From assembly GCA_965205975.1 (NCBI GenBank), contig OZ242195.1, positions 2,368,001 to 2,432,000 on the forward strand: 64,000 bases of DNA, given 5' to 3'. Numbering within the stretch: position 1 is the first letter of the stretch; each line of letters opens with the position of its first letter. Shown here piece by piece: positions 1 through 10,471 of this stretch. This DNA is from Candidatus Latescibacterota bacterium (GTDB lineage: Bacteria > Latescibacterota > UBA2968). The translations under genes were made by a program, and so were the position numbers. The notes under the pieces were generated by a model. The model had not been told where the DNA came from. It saw only the letters and a program-made list of their open reading frames with translations, and ran no database searches.

Positions 1-143
1 GCCTGATCATTGACATTTGTTTTTGGGCGATCTATTTTAGGACTATAGGGATACAATATAATCAACTGAACCGGACGAGGTGACGAGTGAGATTACTTGC
101 ACTCAAAACAGCCTCTCTAATCTTACTGCTCGGGGAGATTTTC

Positions 144-848
144 ATGGCACAATCAACTCATGCCGATCGCCCAATGTACACCATTTATCGCGCAGGCACG
201 CCAATTGTAATTGACGGACGCCTAAATGAACCCGCATGGGTCGCAGCCCCAGACGTGGGAGCCTTTGTATTTCCGTGGTACGAATCGGGCAAAAAAGAAC
301 AAACCATAGCCAAAATACTATGGGACGACAATAATTTATACGTCTCATACATCTGTGAAGATGCACATATTTGGGCAGAACACACCACGCGCGACTCCGA
401 CGTATGGAAAGACGACACCGTCGAAGTATTCACAGCGCCCAATCCCAATCGGCCCCAGGCTTATTTTAATATTGAAATGAACGTACTCGGCATCTTTCTC
501 GACCAGTTTCATCCACAAGGTCCCGACGCGCCCGTACCCGGCGAGTGGAACGGCGAAGGTATTCAAATAAAAACACAAATCGTCGGCACATTAAACGACG
601 ATAGCGACGAAGACGAATACTGGATATTGGAAGCAGCCATACCCTTTGCAAATTTTGCACATGTCGCCGTGCATACCCCCCCAAAAACCGGTGACATCTG
701 GCACCTAAATCTAAATCGTCTGGGCGGAAAAACCAATGAGCAATTCAGCCAGTGGTCGGGCAGCCGCACGCCGGAACCGCAATTTCATTCACCAGATGAT
801 TTTGGGCGGGTAGTATTCTCAGATAAGACGAGTCCATTCTGGAGATAA
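144..848 (+). CDS. Carbohydrate-binding family 9-like (CBM9/DOMON-like) sugar-binding protein
   Basis: IDGRLNEPAW, LWDDNNLYV, D.VEVF, W..EAAIPF pattern of CBM9-like proteins; ATG 144 after GGGGAG preferred to GTG 87. Confidence 0.8.
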   Translation: MAQSTHADRPMYTIYRAGTPIVIDGRLNEPAWVAAPDVGAFVFPWYESGKKEQTIAKILWDDNNLYVSYICEDAHIWAEHTTRDSDVWKDDTVEVFTAPNPNRPQAYFNIEMNVLGIFLDQFHPQGPDAPVPGEWNGEGIQIKTQIVGTLNDDSDEDEYWILEAAIPFANFAHVAVHTPPKTGDIWHLNLNRLGGKTNEQFSQWSGSRTPEPQFHSPDDFGRVVFSDKTSPFWR

Positions 849-866
849 TCTCAAAAGGAGAAAAAC

Positions 867-1943
867 ATGTCACAGACATTGCCATTGCTCGAAGTCAGTG
901 GTTCGCCAACAGAGCGAGGTCAGGCGCATGGTGAGACATTTAAGGAACTGATCCGGGACCTTGTCACCGTCAATTTTGAGGATATGGTCCAGGGAACACA
1001 GGGCTATCTGACAAAAGAGCGCGTGTATGAAATTGTATCCACTTACGCGGGACCCAACCGCGACTATGCACCCCACCTCTTTGAAGAGATGGAAGGGATC
1101 GCCGAGGCAGCGGATGTACCCGTAGAAGACCTGCTCGCATTAAACGGCTTTTTGGAATTACACGATTATTATTCCGATGCATTTATGGTATCGGGTTGCA
1201 CATCGTTCATGGTTCCGGGAGACACATCGGGCGAAGGCGCGTTAATCGCGCAAAATTACGACCTCTCGTCAATCTATGCAGCGGCAGCAATCTTGATCAA
1301 GGTCAAAAACGAACACGCACCCGACGCGCTCTTTTACACATCTGCCGGGATGCTGGGCTGCGCAGGCGTGAACGATGCGGGCATTGGCGTGGTCATCAAC
1401 AACCTCGTGCCATCAGATGCGAGCGGCGGCGTACTGTATCCCTTCATCATTCGGCGTATCCTGGAATCCGTGCGAATTGGAGACGCCATAGATGCAGTGA
1501 TAGCAAAACCGAGAGCATCGGGTATGAATTACGTAATATGCGATGAAAATGGCGAAATATACGACCTCGAAACCACGGCGAAAGAATACGAAGTCATCTG
1601 CCCCTTTGATGGCCCCATGGCCCATTCAAATCACTACCTGACGGATCGGCTCAAGCCCTTTGAGCGCCGTCAATGGGATCAGCGCGGCCAGAGCATCTTG
1701 CGCTGGGGTCGCGCCACCAGATTGTTAAAGTCCTGCGACAAACGCAATGCAGACGCCCTGAAAAATATGCTATCAGATCGCGTAAATACCCCCGTGGGAA
1801 TATGCCGCCACAACGAAATTCACAATGGCGAAGCCTGCGGTCAAACCATTGCTGGCATCGTACTCGATCCCCCGGGACGAAAAGCGTGGTTCACCAGAGG
1901 ACCGACCGGTGAAAACGAGTGGGGTGAATATCGTCTAAACTAA
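867..1943 (+). CDS. Peptidase C45 / acyl-CoA:6-APA acyltransferase-like Ntn hydrolase
   Basis: GSPTERGQAHG N-terminus, GCTS autocleavage site, AQNYD, G.N..G, HSNH; AAGGAG RBS. Confidence 0.85.
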   Translation: MSQTLPLLEVSGSPTERGQAHGETFKELIRDLVTVNFEDMVQGTQGYLTKERVYEIVSTYAGPNRDYAPHLFEEMEGIAEAADVPVEDLLALNGFLELHDYYSDAFMVSGCTSFMVPGDTSGEGALIAQNYDLSSIYAAAAILIKVKNEHAPDALFYTSAGMLGCAGVNDAGIGVVINNLVPSDASGGVLYPFIIRRILESVRIGDAIDAVIAKPRASGMNYVICDENGEIYDLETTAKEYEVICPFDGPMAHSNHYLTDRLKPFERRQWDQRGQSILRWGRATRLLKSCDKRNADALKNMLSDRVNTPVGICRHNEIHNGEACGQTIAGIVLDPPGRKAWFTRGPTGENEWGEYRLN

Positions 1944-1962
1944 AAAATCCGCATTCCCGTTG

Positions 1963-2003
1963 AGACCGTTGCGAGAGGTGATCCTTCTGCAACGGTCTTT
2001 TTT
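1963..2003 (+). terminator. Intrinsic terminator after the C45 gene
   Basis: AGACCGTTGC...GCAACGGTCT stem followed by a T-run. Confidence 0.75.
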
Positions 2004-2004
2004 C

Positions 2005-2033
2005 TTGAATAATATACAAATGTGCAGTATATT
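2005..2033 (+). promoter_or_regulatory. sigma70 promoter with overlapping palindromic operator
   Basis: TTGAAT-17bp-TATATT; inverted repeat AATATAC-N9-GTATATT at 2011-2033. Confidence 0.55.
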
Positions 2034-2068
2034 TTTTAGAATATTGAAGCGAACGGGAGGCGGAAGAC

Positions 2069-2842
2069 ATGCCATCATTGCACATTGACGAGACCAATGT
2101 ACGGACAGTACTCGTGCCCCAAAATCCACCCGGTGAACCCATAACGGAATACACGCTCAACCCCTATTCTGGCTGTGGCATGGGATGTGCCTATTGCTAT
2201 GTGATGAAATTTCCATTCGCCTACGAATATCCCAAAGCATGGGGTGAGTGGGTACAGCCAAAAATGAACGCGCCTTTTTTGTTAGGCAAGGCGCGTGCCA
2301 AAATTTATGGGCGCAAAATTTTCATGGGATCAGCGACCGATCCCTATCAATACATCGAGCGAAAATATCGATTGAGCCGACGCTGTTTAAAAGTGCTGGT
2401 GGATTGCAATTTGAAGGCTCTAACCGTTCATACGCGCAGCCATCTGATTTTGGACGACCTGGATTTGTTGACACAATTTAGCAGTCGATTGCGAGTGGGA
2501 TTTTCCGTGCCGACAAATGATGATCGGGTTCGCAAACGCACAGAGCCGAAAGCGCCAAAAATCGGCGTGCGTCTCAAAGCGATGAAGCAATTGCGTGAAG
2601 CCGGCATTCACGTCACCGCATCGCTCGCGCCAGTACTGTATTGTCAACCGCGCCAATTTGCCGAACAAATAGCCGAAGCAGCCGACGGGGTATATTTTGG
2701 CAAGATGGATTATACGGACAGGACTGGAATAGCGTCCATGCCAAGAGCGCGACGCTATTTTAACAGTCTGACATATCGAGAATTGATTGCAGAACTCAAA
2801 GCGGAATTAATCAATGTGGGAATGTTGAAAAACGAAAAATGA
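2069..2842 (+). CDS. Spore photoproduct lyase-like radical SAM protein
   Basis: LNPYSGCGMGCAYCY (CxxxCxxC), GSATDPYQ..E, EP.AP....RL motifs. Confidence 0.85.
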   Translation: MPSLHIDETNVRTVLVPQNPPGEPITEYTLNPYSGCGMGCAYCYVMKFPFAYEYPKAWGEWVQPKMNAPFLLGKARAKIYGRKIFMGSATDPYQYIERKYRLSRRCLKVLVDCNLKALTVHTRSHLILDDLDLLTQFSSRLRVGFSVPTNDDRVRKRTEPKAPKIGVRLKAMKQLREAGIHVTASLAPVLYCQPRQFAEQIAEAADGVYFGKMDYTDRTGIASMPRARRYFNSLTYRELIAELKAELINVGMLKNEK

Positions 2843-2849
2843 TTTACCC

Positions 2850-4259
2850 TCATCCCCCATCACTCGCCGCCGTAATAAATCGCCTCTCTCTTTGACTTTT
2901 GAGCACCTGTTGTTCAATCCCTTCTGGATCGCCCCAAATTTCCAATAGCCGCTCGCGCATGACATCGCGTATTTCTCGGTGTTGTGCCGACTCTGACAGG
3001 TCGTTAAACTCGCCGGGATCTTCTGCAATATTGAACAACTCAAGCGGATCTCCTGGGCTCATATTGAGTTTGTAATCGCCCTTTCTGAGCATACCCACGG
3101 GCCGAATAACACCGTGTGCGAGGTATTCACAAAAGGCTTCGTCCTTCCAGGCTACAGCCTCACCATTGATCAGTGGCAAGAGGCTATCGCCGTCAAGAGG
3201 CGCAATATCCATCGAAGCACCAGTGGCATCAATGATGGTAGCGACGAGATCCACGAGTGAAACATTTTGCGCGACGCGCAATCCACCTGAAATATGCCCG
3301 GGCCAAACAATCTGAAGAGGCACTCGGGAGGATGCCTCATACATATTTGATTTGCGCCACATACCGTGTTCGCCATTCATTTCCCCGTGATCTGAGGTAT
3401 GCACGATAATCGTATTCTCAAGCTGGCCGGTTTCTTCGAGCGCATCGATGAGCCGGCCTATTTTTTCGTCCAAATACGTAATAAGCCCGTAATAACCCGA
3501 GCGCCCCCTCCGCACGAGTTCTTCAGGAAAGTCGGTCATACCAAACATCAGGCGCAGGCGTTTGTAAACCGGGTGCATATTTTCCAGATGGCCTTCGGGG
3601 ATATCGGGCATATCAATCTGATCGCGCGGATACATGTCCCAGAACCGCCGCGGAACCACAAGCGGAAAATGGGGTGCGATAAACCCCACATTGATACACC
3701 AGGGCTGTTCTTTGCGAGCGGGATCTTTGATATACGCGAGAGCAGCCTCTTCAACCTGATCATCAACCTGTATCTCTGTCGTTGTACCCGGTCCTGCCTG
3801 TGCAATACCCCCCCACGGCTTTTTTGCCTCAACAACCCCCGCATCCCAATTGCCCTCGCCGCGCGGGACACCGTTTTTTGTCCACGATTCCGCATGCAAA
3901 TCGCGCGCGAGTTGTGTGCGAAAACCGTGCAATTGATCGAGACCACAAAAGTGCTGCTTGCCCGAAATCACAACATCGTAACCGACATTTCGCAAGCGAT
4001 GCGCCCACGTAACCGTATCCGACGCCATGGGAAAACCATTGTCATAAGTACCGATGCGATTGATATAACGCCCCGTCATAAACGACATCCGCGACGGACC
4101 GCAAATCGGCGAATTACAATAGGCATTATCAAACGTAACCCCCATCTCAGCCAAACGCTCCATATTCGGCGATTGAACCAGTGAATGCCCGTGAATACTG
4201 CTGTATTGAGGGGCGTGCTCATCAGACATAATAATCAGAATATTGGGCTTATCAGACAT
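2850..4259 (-). CDS. Sulfatase, S1 family (choline-sulfatase-like)
   Basis: PNILIIMSDEH, CGPSR formylglycine motif, GKQH, PHFP, SDHGE. Confidence 0.9.
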   Translation of the reverse strand: MSDKPNILIIMSDEHAPQYSSIHGHSLVQSPNMERLAEMGVTFDNAYCNSPICGPSRMSFMTGRYINRIGTYDNGFPMASDTVTWAHRLRNVGYDVVISGKQHFCGLDQLHGFRTQLARDLHAESWTKNGVPRGEGNWDAGVVEAKKPWGGIAQAGPGTTTEIQVDDQVEEAALAYIKDPARKEQPWCINVGFIAPHFPLVVPRRFWDMYPRDQIDMPDIPEGHLENMHPVYKRLRLMFGMTDFPEELVRRGRSGYYGLITYLDEKIGRLIDALEETGQLENTIIVHTSDHGEMNGEHGMWRKSNMYEASSRVPLQIVWPGHISGGLRVAQNVSLVDLVATIIDATGASMDIAPLDGDSLLPLINGEAVAWKDEAFCEYLAHGVIRPVGMLRKGDYKLNMSPGDPLELFNIAEDPGEFNDLSESAQHREIRDVMRERLLEIWGDPEGIEQQVLKSQRERRFITAASDGG

Positions 4260-4274
4260 AGAAACTCCTGTTCT

Positions 4275-5312
4275 TCACGCCGAAATCACATCCACAGGTT
4301 CACCGGCTTGATCGGCGAGTGCGGTATCAAAGATGTTTTCAAGTGTACACTGCGGTTCATATCCTATCAGTGTGCGCGCCTTGCTATTATCAGACCAATA
4401 GATCCACTGCATGGGAACCTCAACCTCAAAAAGAGGAACACCCGTTATCTTAGCGAGATACTCTGCTACCTCTGGAAAAGCGAGCGGGCGGTAAATCGGC
4501 GCATTGAACGCCTCACCCACTGCAGCGGGATGATCGAGCGCGCAAATACACGCCCGCGCAGTATCGCGTGCATCAGAAGGCGACCACATCCACGGACGGC
4601 CCTCGTGATCGGTAACAGCACAGGGCTGATCGGGACGCTCGGCGCGGTCGAGCATATCCCGTGCAATAGCCGCGCCATCGGGATGGTAAATACCACTTTC
4701 CGGATTATTCGCGGCATCGCGGATGCGCCCTGCCACAAACTGAACATTCCAACGCCCGAGCACTTCACTACCTGCAAACATGCCAGACGGGCGAATAATG
4801 GACAACTGAAGATCGTGTCCATTCATATACCCTTCGGCCATCGCTTCGTTGATATATTTCAGCGTGCCATAAAGTCCACGCGGACGCTTGGGATGGATTT
4901 CATTCACCGGCTGATAACAAGGCGGAATATGCTGATTGCCCATGGGATAAACCGCGTCGGTGCTGACATGGACAAACCGGTAGAGACGATCTGCCAACGG
5001 TGCTGCCGCTTCAAAAAGATTGAACGTACCCGTAACATTAATCTCGTAAAACGTCTGATTATCCATATCGCGCGGTGGACCCAGAATATTTGCCGTATGA
5101 ACAACCGCATCTACCCCATCCACAATACTGCGACACAACGCCGCATCTCTGAGGTCGCCTTCGATCTTTTCAATATCAAAAGGATCGAGCTTGAATTTCT
5201 TGGGATCATCGGGAAGAATCAGCGCGCGAACATCATCTCCACGCTCAACCAACTGCTTGACCACATTCGCACCCAAACGCCCCGTTGCACCCGTAACGAG
5301 GATTTTGCTCAT
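4275..5312 (-). CDS. NAD-dependent epimerase/dehydratase (extended SDR)
   Basis: VTGATGRLG Rossmann motif, YGTLK catalytic YxxxK. Confidence 0.85.
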   Translation of the reverse strand: MSKILVTGATGRLGANVVKQLVERGDDVRALILPDDPKKFKLDPFDIEKIEGDLRDAALCRSIVDGVDAVVHTANILGPPRDMDNQTFYEINVTGTFNLFEAAAPLADRLYRFVHVSTDAVYPMGNQHIPPCYQPVNEIHPKRPRGLYGTLKYINEAMAEGYMNGHDLQLSIIRPSGMFAGSEVLGRWNVQFVAGRIRDAANNPESGIYHPDGAAIARDMLDRAERPDQPCAVTDHEGRPWMWSPSDARDTARACICALDHPAAVGEAFNAPIYRPLAFPEVAEYLAKITGVPLFEVEVPMQWIYWSDNSKARTLIGYEPQCTLENIFDTALADQAGEPVDVISA

Positions 5313-5369
5313 AGTTGCCTCTGATGAATTTTCTATCTGTGTTCACCTTTTTTTGCGTTCATCTGCGGA

Positions 5370-6227
5370 TCACACCTCACACTTCTCCCCCGACTCCTGC
5401 GACTTCTCGAGCGCCTCGAGCACAGCAACGGGCGTGAGAATTGAACCATCTGTTTCATCTGTCTTCCCCGTACTGAACATATGGCAAAAATCGAGAACTC
5501 CCGTAAGATACGTATTCGCATCGTACGAGATCACATGATCAGTGCGCCCCTTTTCCCCAATCACAGAAACGTGGAAACCCACACGACCTTCGCCAATGAG
5601 ATTCATCGTTGAAATCGCGCCACTTGCAGAATAAAGCGTCGCCGTGTGATTTTGTTGCCCGCGATTGAGTTGTACATGCGTAATATCCCAATCGAGCAAG
5701 CGCACGACCATATCGACCTGATGAATCCCATAAAAAAAGACACCGCCATATTCAGAATCAATATCGCAAGGCCCCGTCGAAACAACTGAAATAATGCGCC
5801 CGAGTTCTCGAACATCCTCTTGCAACTGCGCGAAAGACGCCTGCTTGGGCAAAACCGAAAAAGAACACACAGGCACATCGAGCTCACGCGCTCGAGCCAG
5901 AAACTCTTTGCCTTCATCGAGACGATAACAAAACGGCTTATCGACAAAAAGTGGAATTTTGGCCTCCAGCAACGGACGCACGGCAGGCAGGTGATATTTC
6001 GGGTGGCGATGATCCACAATAGCCGCGTCAACCTCTCCGATCAGATCTTCGGGATCTTGCACAATATTGGGAATCAGCCCCCGCTCCTGTGCATCTTTCG
6101 CATCATCCGGCGTCTCTCCCCAAACATGTGTAACACTAAAACCGGACACCAGTCTATCAATATTAATCGTCTTTGCAATCGCCACAGTATGGCTATTCTC
6201 CGCCCCAATAATACCAATATTAGGCAT
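5370..6227 (-). CDS. Gfo/Idh/MocA family oxidoreductase
   Basis: IGIIGAENSH, FVDKP, FFYGIH. Confidence 0.8.
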   Translation of the reverse strand: MPNIGIIGAENSHTVAIAKTINIDRLVSGFSVTHVWGETPDDAKDAQERGLIPNIVQDPEDLIGEVDAAIVDHRHPKYHLPAVRPLLEAKIPLFVDKPFCYRLDEGKEFLARARELDVPVCSFSVLPKQASFAQLQEDVRELGRIISVVSTGPCDIDSEYGGVFFYGIHQVDMVVRLLDWDITHVQLNRGQQNHTATLYSASGAISTMNLIGEGRVGFHVSVIGEKGRTDHVISYDANTYLTGVLDFCHMFSTGKTDETDGSILTPVAVLEALEKSQESGEKCEV

Positions 6228-6270
6228 AGTATCGCTCCTTTCGGTTGTCAGTTATCAGCCTGTTTTTTTC

Positions 6271-7512
6271 TCAACTCCACAGCCTGTCATTCACCTGTTC
6301 ATCATTCCACGCATCTGTCGGTTCAAAATAGCCCGGCAAATTGGGATTGATGTGCTCTTTAATCTCTTCCTCATTCAAATCAACGCCGAGTCCGGGCGCG
6401 TCAGGCACCTGAATATAACCATTTTGAACAATGGGATTGGGCGAGCCAGTAACGAGTGTATTCCACGGTGGATAATCAACGGCGTGGCATTCCAGAACCA
6501 GAAAATTATTTGTCGCAGCCGCGCAATGCACACTCGCCATCGTCGCAACCGGCGTCGCCGCCATGTGCAGAGCCATCGCAATACCGTGTTCCTCCGCGTA
6601 ATCCCCAATCCGCTTAGTTTCGAGAATCCCCCCCGACGTAGCGAGATCCGGGTGAATAATCGAAACGGCTTTGTTATCAATCAGCGGCTTAAAATGTTCC
6701 AAAAGATAAATATCTTCACCCGTACAAACCGGAGTCGCCGTTGCGTTCTTGAGGCGCACCCATTGATCGGTCAGTTGCCACGGAATCATATCTTCCAACC
6801 ATGCGAGATTAAACCGCTCGAGTGCGCGCGCAAGGCGAATACACGACTCCACATTGATATGCCCAAAGTGATCCGCAGCCAGAGGAATCTCATACCCCAC
6901 AATATCGCGCACGACTTCCACATACTGAACGAGAACATCGATCCCCTTATCGGTAAACTGAATACCCGTAAAAGGATGCATAACCTGCGTAGTTTCCAGC
7001 ATGCCCGCGGGGGAAGACACCGTACCCGGAATATCTTTGAGCAAACGCACACCAATATCCATCTTCAAAAAAGTAAAACCACTTTCCATACGCGCCTTTA
7101 AGCGATTGCCCATCTCTTCGGGATCCGGCGTTGTGGGCGTATCGCAATAAATTCGGATCTGATCGCGAAATTTCCCACCTGCGAGCTGATAACAGGGCAC
7201 GCCATAAGCCTTACCCGCCAGATCCATCAAAGCCATCTCCACGCCACACACGCCGCCACTCTGTCGCGCATGCCACCCGAACTGTTTGATCTTGCGAAAC
7301 AGCTTATCCACATTGCAGGGATTTTCACCCAAAAGCTGGCGCTTCAGTTGCAAAGCGTAAATATGACTGGCCCCATCGCGCACCTCTCCCAAACCGTAGA
7401 TACCCTGATTGGTATCCAGGCGAATGAGCGTAGAGCGCATAGGCGCGCCGGAAATATTGACAACGCGCATATCGGTAATTCTGAGATCTGATGGGGATGA
7501 ATGAGTATTCAT
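6271..7512 (-). CDS. Mandelate racemase/muconate lactonizing enzyme family dehydratase
   Basis: FLKMD, AADHFGH, WLED, TGED, LECH; start moved to ATG 7512 with AGGAG RBS. Confidence 0.85.
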   Translation of the reverse strand: MNTHSSPSDLRITDMRVVNISGAPMRSTLIRLDTNQGIYGLGEVRDGASHIYALQLKRQLLGENPCNVDKLFRKIKQFGWHARQSGGVCGVEMALMDLAGKAYGVPCYQLAGGKFRDQIRIYCDTPTTPDPEEMGNRLKARMESGFTFLKMDIGVRLLKDIPGTVSSPAGMLETTQVMHPFTGIQFTDKGIDVLVQYVEVVRDIVGYEIPLAADHFGHINVESCIRLARALERFNLAWLEDMIPWQLTDQWVRLKNATATPVCTGEDIYLLEHFKPLIDNKAVSIIHPDLATSGGILETKRIGDYAEEHGIAMALHMAATPVATMASVHCAAATNNFLVLECHAVDYPPWNTLVTGSPNPIVQNGYIQVPDAPGLGVDLNEEEIKEHINPNLPGYFEPTDAWNDEQVNDRLWS

Positions 7513-7532
7513 AAAATTCTCCTGTGTCTTCA

Positions 7533-8738
7533 TCACGGCCGCATGGGCGACCCATCTGGAGCCCGCGTTTGCGTCCACTGAATAATCTCATCTTCGGGAG
7601 GATATTTTGCAGCGAGATCTTCGTCGATATCAATGCCCAGACCGGGATTGTCATTGGGATACATATAGCCCTCGCGCACCTCGGGCAAACCGGGGAACAT
7701 ATCATAGACGAGATCATTGAAACGGCACCACTCCTGAATACCGAAATTGGGTGCCCACAGGTCCAGATGCAAATTGGCTGCGTGACCAACAGGCGATGTA
7801 TCGCCAGGACCGTGCCACGCTGTGCGCACATTGTACATATTGGCATAAGCAGCGACATTCCGTGCGGGAGTAATACCACCCATCTGGCTGACGTGCATGC
7901 GAATAAAATCAATGAGCCGATCCTGGATAAGGGGCATCCACTCGTGCGGATGATTAAACAGTTCGCCCATCGCCAGGGGCGTGGCGCACTGCGCGCGCAT
8001 GTGGTGAAAATACGCATTGTCTTCTGGCGCGAGAGCATCTTCCAAAAAGAAAAGTTTAAAAGGCTCCACATCTTTGGCAAACTGGATGGCGTCAATCGGG
8101 CGCAAACGCTCGTGAATATCGTGCAAAAGCTCAATTTCAGGCCCGATCTCTGCACGCACATGCTCAATCATATCGCACATGCGACGGCAATACTCTCGCG
8201 GATGATAATAAGCACCATCGGGCGCACCATCGGGTTTTTGAATACTCTCCGACTGCCCTCCATATCCCCCCATCTGCACGCGGATATGGCGATAGCCCTG
8301 TGCCATATAATGACGCACGCTATCCACCACTTCGTATTTGTCGCGCCCACTGGCATGAGCATACGTATCTGCCGCCTCTCGACACTTCCCACCCAGAAGT
8401 TGATACACAGGCATACCCGCGCGTTTGCCCTTAATATCCCACAACGCCTGATCCACCCCCGATATGGCATTATTGAGCACAGGACCATTGCGCCAGTACC
8501 CATTGACCATGCTCATCTGCCAGATTTCCTCAATGCGATCCACATCGCGTCCAATAACAAAAGGCTTGAGATGTTTTTCAATCGCCGTACGCACCGCGTG
8601 AAATCGCTGCGTAAATGTCGCGCACCCCAACCCGTAAAGACCTGGTTCCGACGTGATAACCTTGACAATAACGAGCCGCGAACCCGAGGGCTGCGTCACA
8701 ATGGTTTTGATGTCTTCGATTGTTACAATTTTTGGCAT
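7533..8738 (-). CDS. D-mannonate dehydratase/RspA subgroup enolase-superfamily enzyme
   Basis: YWRNGPV, IRVQ (RxQ), HDIHER, FFLED, MGE, HGPGDTSPVG. Confidence 0.85.
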   Translation of the reverse strand: MPKIVTIEDIKTIVTQPSGSRLVIVKVITSEPGLYGLGCATFTQRFHAVRTAIEKHLKPFVIGRDVDRIEEIWQMSMVNGYWRNGPVLNNAISGVDQALWDIKGKRAGMPVYQLLGGKCREAADTYAHASGRDKYEVVDSVRHYMAQGYRHIRVQMGGYGGQSESIQKPDGAPDGAYYHPREYCRRMCDMIEHVRAEIGPEIELLHDIHERLRPIDAIQFAKDVEPFKLFFLEDALAPEDNAYFHHMRAQCATPLAMGELFNHPHEWMPLIQDRLIDFIRMHVSQMGGITPARNVAAYANMYNVRTAWHGPGDTSPVGHAANLHLDLWAPNFGIQEWCRFNDLVYDMFPGLPEVREGYMYPNDNPGLGIDIDEDLAAKYPPEDEIIQWTQTRAPDGSPMRP

Positions 8739-8796
8739 ATCTACTCCGTTTAGACAACTCTATCTTAGAGTAATTGAAAAAATAAAAGGCTGTGAT

Positions 8797-9036
8797 TTAA
8801 ACCACAGCCTTCTGTGTATTTGAGAATCCCCCAACCTCAACAGATACGGCATCAAACCGCTCATCGCCTGGGCGGTAAGATAGCAATTCCATGCCAATGG
8901 GCTGCCCGCTCGTTTCATCTTTAATGATGATAATGCCATCGCCAATTTCCGTACACAGTTGATTTTTGCGAGGTGACTGCCAGTAAATCGTCAGCAATTC
9001 GGCCTCAGCCTCATAGAATACTTTAACCTGGGCCAT
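8797..9036 (-). CDS. DUF2283-like small protein (putative antitoxin)
   Basis: KVFYEAEAELLTIYW, GIIIIKDETSGQPIGMELL pattern; GGAGG RBS; overlaps upstream partner. Confidence 0.7.
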   Translation of the reverse strand: MAQVKVFYEAEAELLTIYWQSPRKNQLCTEIGDGIIIIKDETSGQPIGMELLSYRPGDERFDAVSVEVGGFSNTQKAVV

Positions 9037-9334
9037 ACACGCGCCTCCCTTCTTTGATTGCATCCGTTCTGTAAGCCGTAATGATAAAGCCTTCTCCATT
9101 TAGACGACGTACAACAACAACCGTCCAATACTTTTCTTTTTTGCCATAAAATAGCAAAATGTTTTCATCTCTACTGCTTGTGCGTACTTCAATCGGGGTT
9201 CTCAATGTACTTTTTATCTTATCAAGCCTGTCCGCAATATCGGGATGTTTTGAGACAATTTTTTGCCAATATCCGCGATTTGTGCGAACTGTAAATCCCA
9301 GTGGTGTTAAAATATTAAGAAGCAGGTCATTCAT
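9023..9334 (-). CDS. DUF4258-like / RelE-fold putative toxin
   Basis: W.KIVSKHP, P.EVRTS..D...LLFY, GFIITAY; paired with a DUF2283-like gene. Confidence 0.65.
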   Translation of the reverse strand: MNDLLLNILTPLGFTVRTNRGYWQKIVSKHPDIADRLDKIKSTLRTPIEVRTSSRDENILLFYGKKEKYWTVVVVRRLNGEGFIITAYRTDAIKEGRRVYGPG

Positions 9335-9430
9335 AAAATATAACGGGTTAGAGAAATAGTGTCAGCCGATAATGATGTTATAGCAACCGCTCTTTTTGAC
9401 GATAAACGATATGGTGTTCAATAGCTATCC

Positions 9431-10471
9431 CTAAAGCCCCTCAGGCAACGCGAGATCAAAGCGCTGCGCGGCTTCGCGGAGTTTTTCCGCCGTACCCGCC
9501 GGAATGGGAATACCATCGACAGAGCGTTGGGCAAGCGTGCGATTTTCGGGCTCGCCAGGCATGAGAACATCGTCAAAGCCATCTGCTCTGGGCAGTGCTT
9601 TGAGTTCATCGATCAAATTATCGACGTGATTTTTATAATCATCCAGATCAACAAAAAAGGAAATATCAATCGCAGCGACAATGCCGTTTTGCTTTTTCAA
9701 ACTCTCGCCCCCGCGCAATACGGGAACGAGCAGAGGATTATCGACCATCAAACTGGACAAACACTGAAAAATAAGGGCAAGACCCGATCCCTTGGGGCCA
9801 CCTGCCGGACGCAAGATAACCCCCTTACGCGCGTCTATCGTCGGATTGCCCTCGGCATCGAGTGCCCAGTCTTCGCCCAGCGGCACACCCTTATCCTGCG
9901 CGAGCTGAAGTTTGCCCCCCGCTGCCACACTTGTCGCCATATCGAGACTAATGGGATCGCGTTTATTCGCCGGAACCGCAACGGCTATCGGACTATTGTG
10001 TACGCCCGCTGCCTTCGCGCCAAAAGGGGTCATATTGGGCGGACTACAAACAATGGCAATCCCGGCAAAGCCCTCCTGTGCCGCCATCAAAGAATAATAA
10101 GCCATCGCACCCTGATGCGTGACATCGCTGAGCAACACCCATCCGATACCCACATTTTTGGCCTTCTCAATGGCTTTTTTCATCGCTGGCACGGTCACCA
10201 CAGGCCCAAGAGCGCGGTCGCACGCGATATGGGCAACCGCTGGCGACTCTTTCACGACGCGAATATTGGGCCGAGGATTCATCGCGCCCGTCTTAATACT
10301 GTTGAGATAGGAAATAATGCGCAAAACCCCGTGAGAATCGACCCCACGCAGATTTGCCCAAATGAGCACTTCTGCTTCTATGGCGGCATCTTCGGGCGGC
10401 ATACCCGCGTGTTCAAAAACGGATTGGATAAACGGTTCGAGGTGTTCTGCGCGAACGCGAATGTCCGACAT
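9431..10471 (-). CDS. Ldh_2 family malate/L-lactate/sulfolactate-type dehydrogenase
   Basis: ANLRGVDSHGV, LDMATS, GPKGSGL, MPGE. Confidence 0.9.
   Translation of the reverse strand: MSDIRVRAEHLEPFIQSVFEHAGMPPEDAAIEAEVLIWANLRGVDSHGVLRIISYLNSIKTGAMNPRPNIRVVKESPAVAHIACDRALGPVVTVPAMKKAIEKAKNVGIGWVLLSDVTHQGAMAYYSLMAAQEGFAGIAIVCSPPNMTPFGAKAAGVHNSPIAVAVPANKRDPISLDMATSVAAGGKLQLAQDKGVPLGEDWALDAEGNPTIDARKGVILRPAGGPKGSGLALIFQCLSSLMVDNPLLVPVLRGGESLKKQNGIVAAIDISFFVDLDDYKNHVDNLIDELKALPRADGFDDVLMPGEPENRTLAQRSVDGIPIPAGTAEKLREAAQRFDLALPEGL

Noticed and set aside
9362..9388. dif/pdif-like site (GATAA-TGATG-TTATAG)
   Set aside because: Spacer is 5 bp rather than 6 and the XerD arm matches poorly
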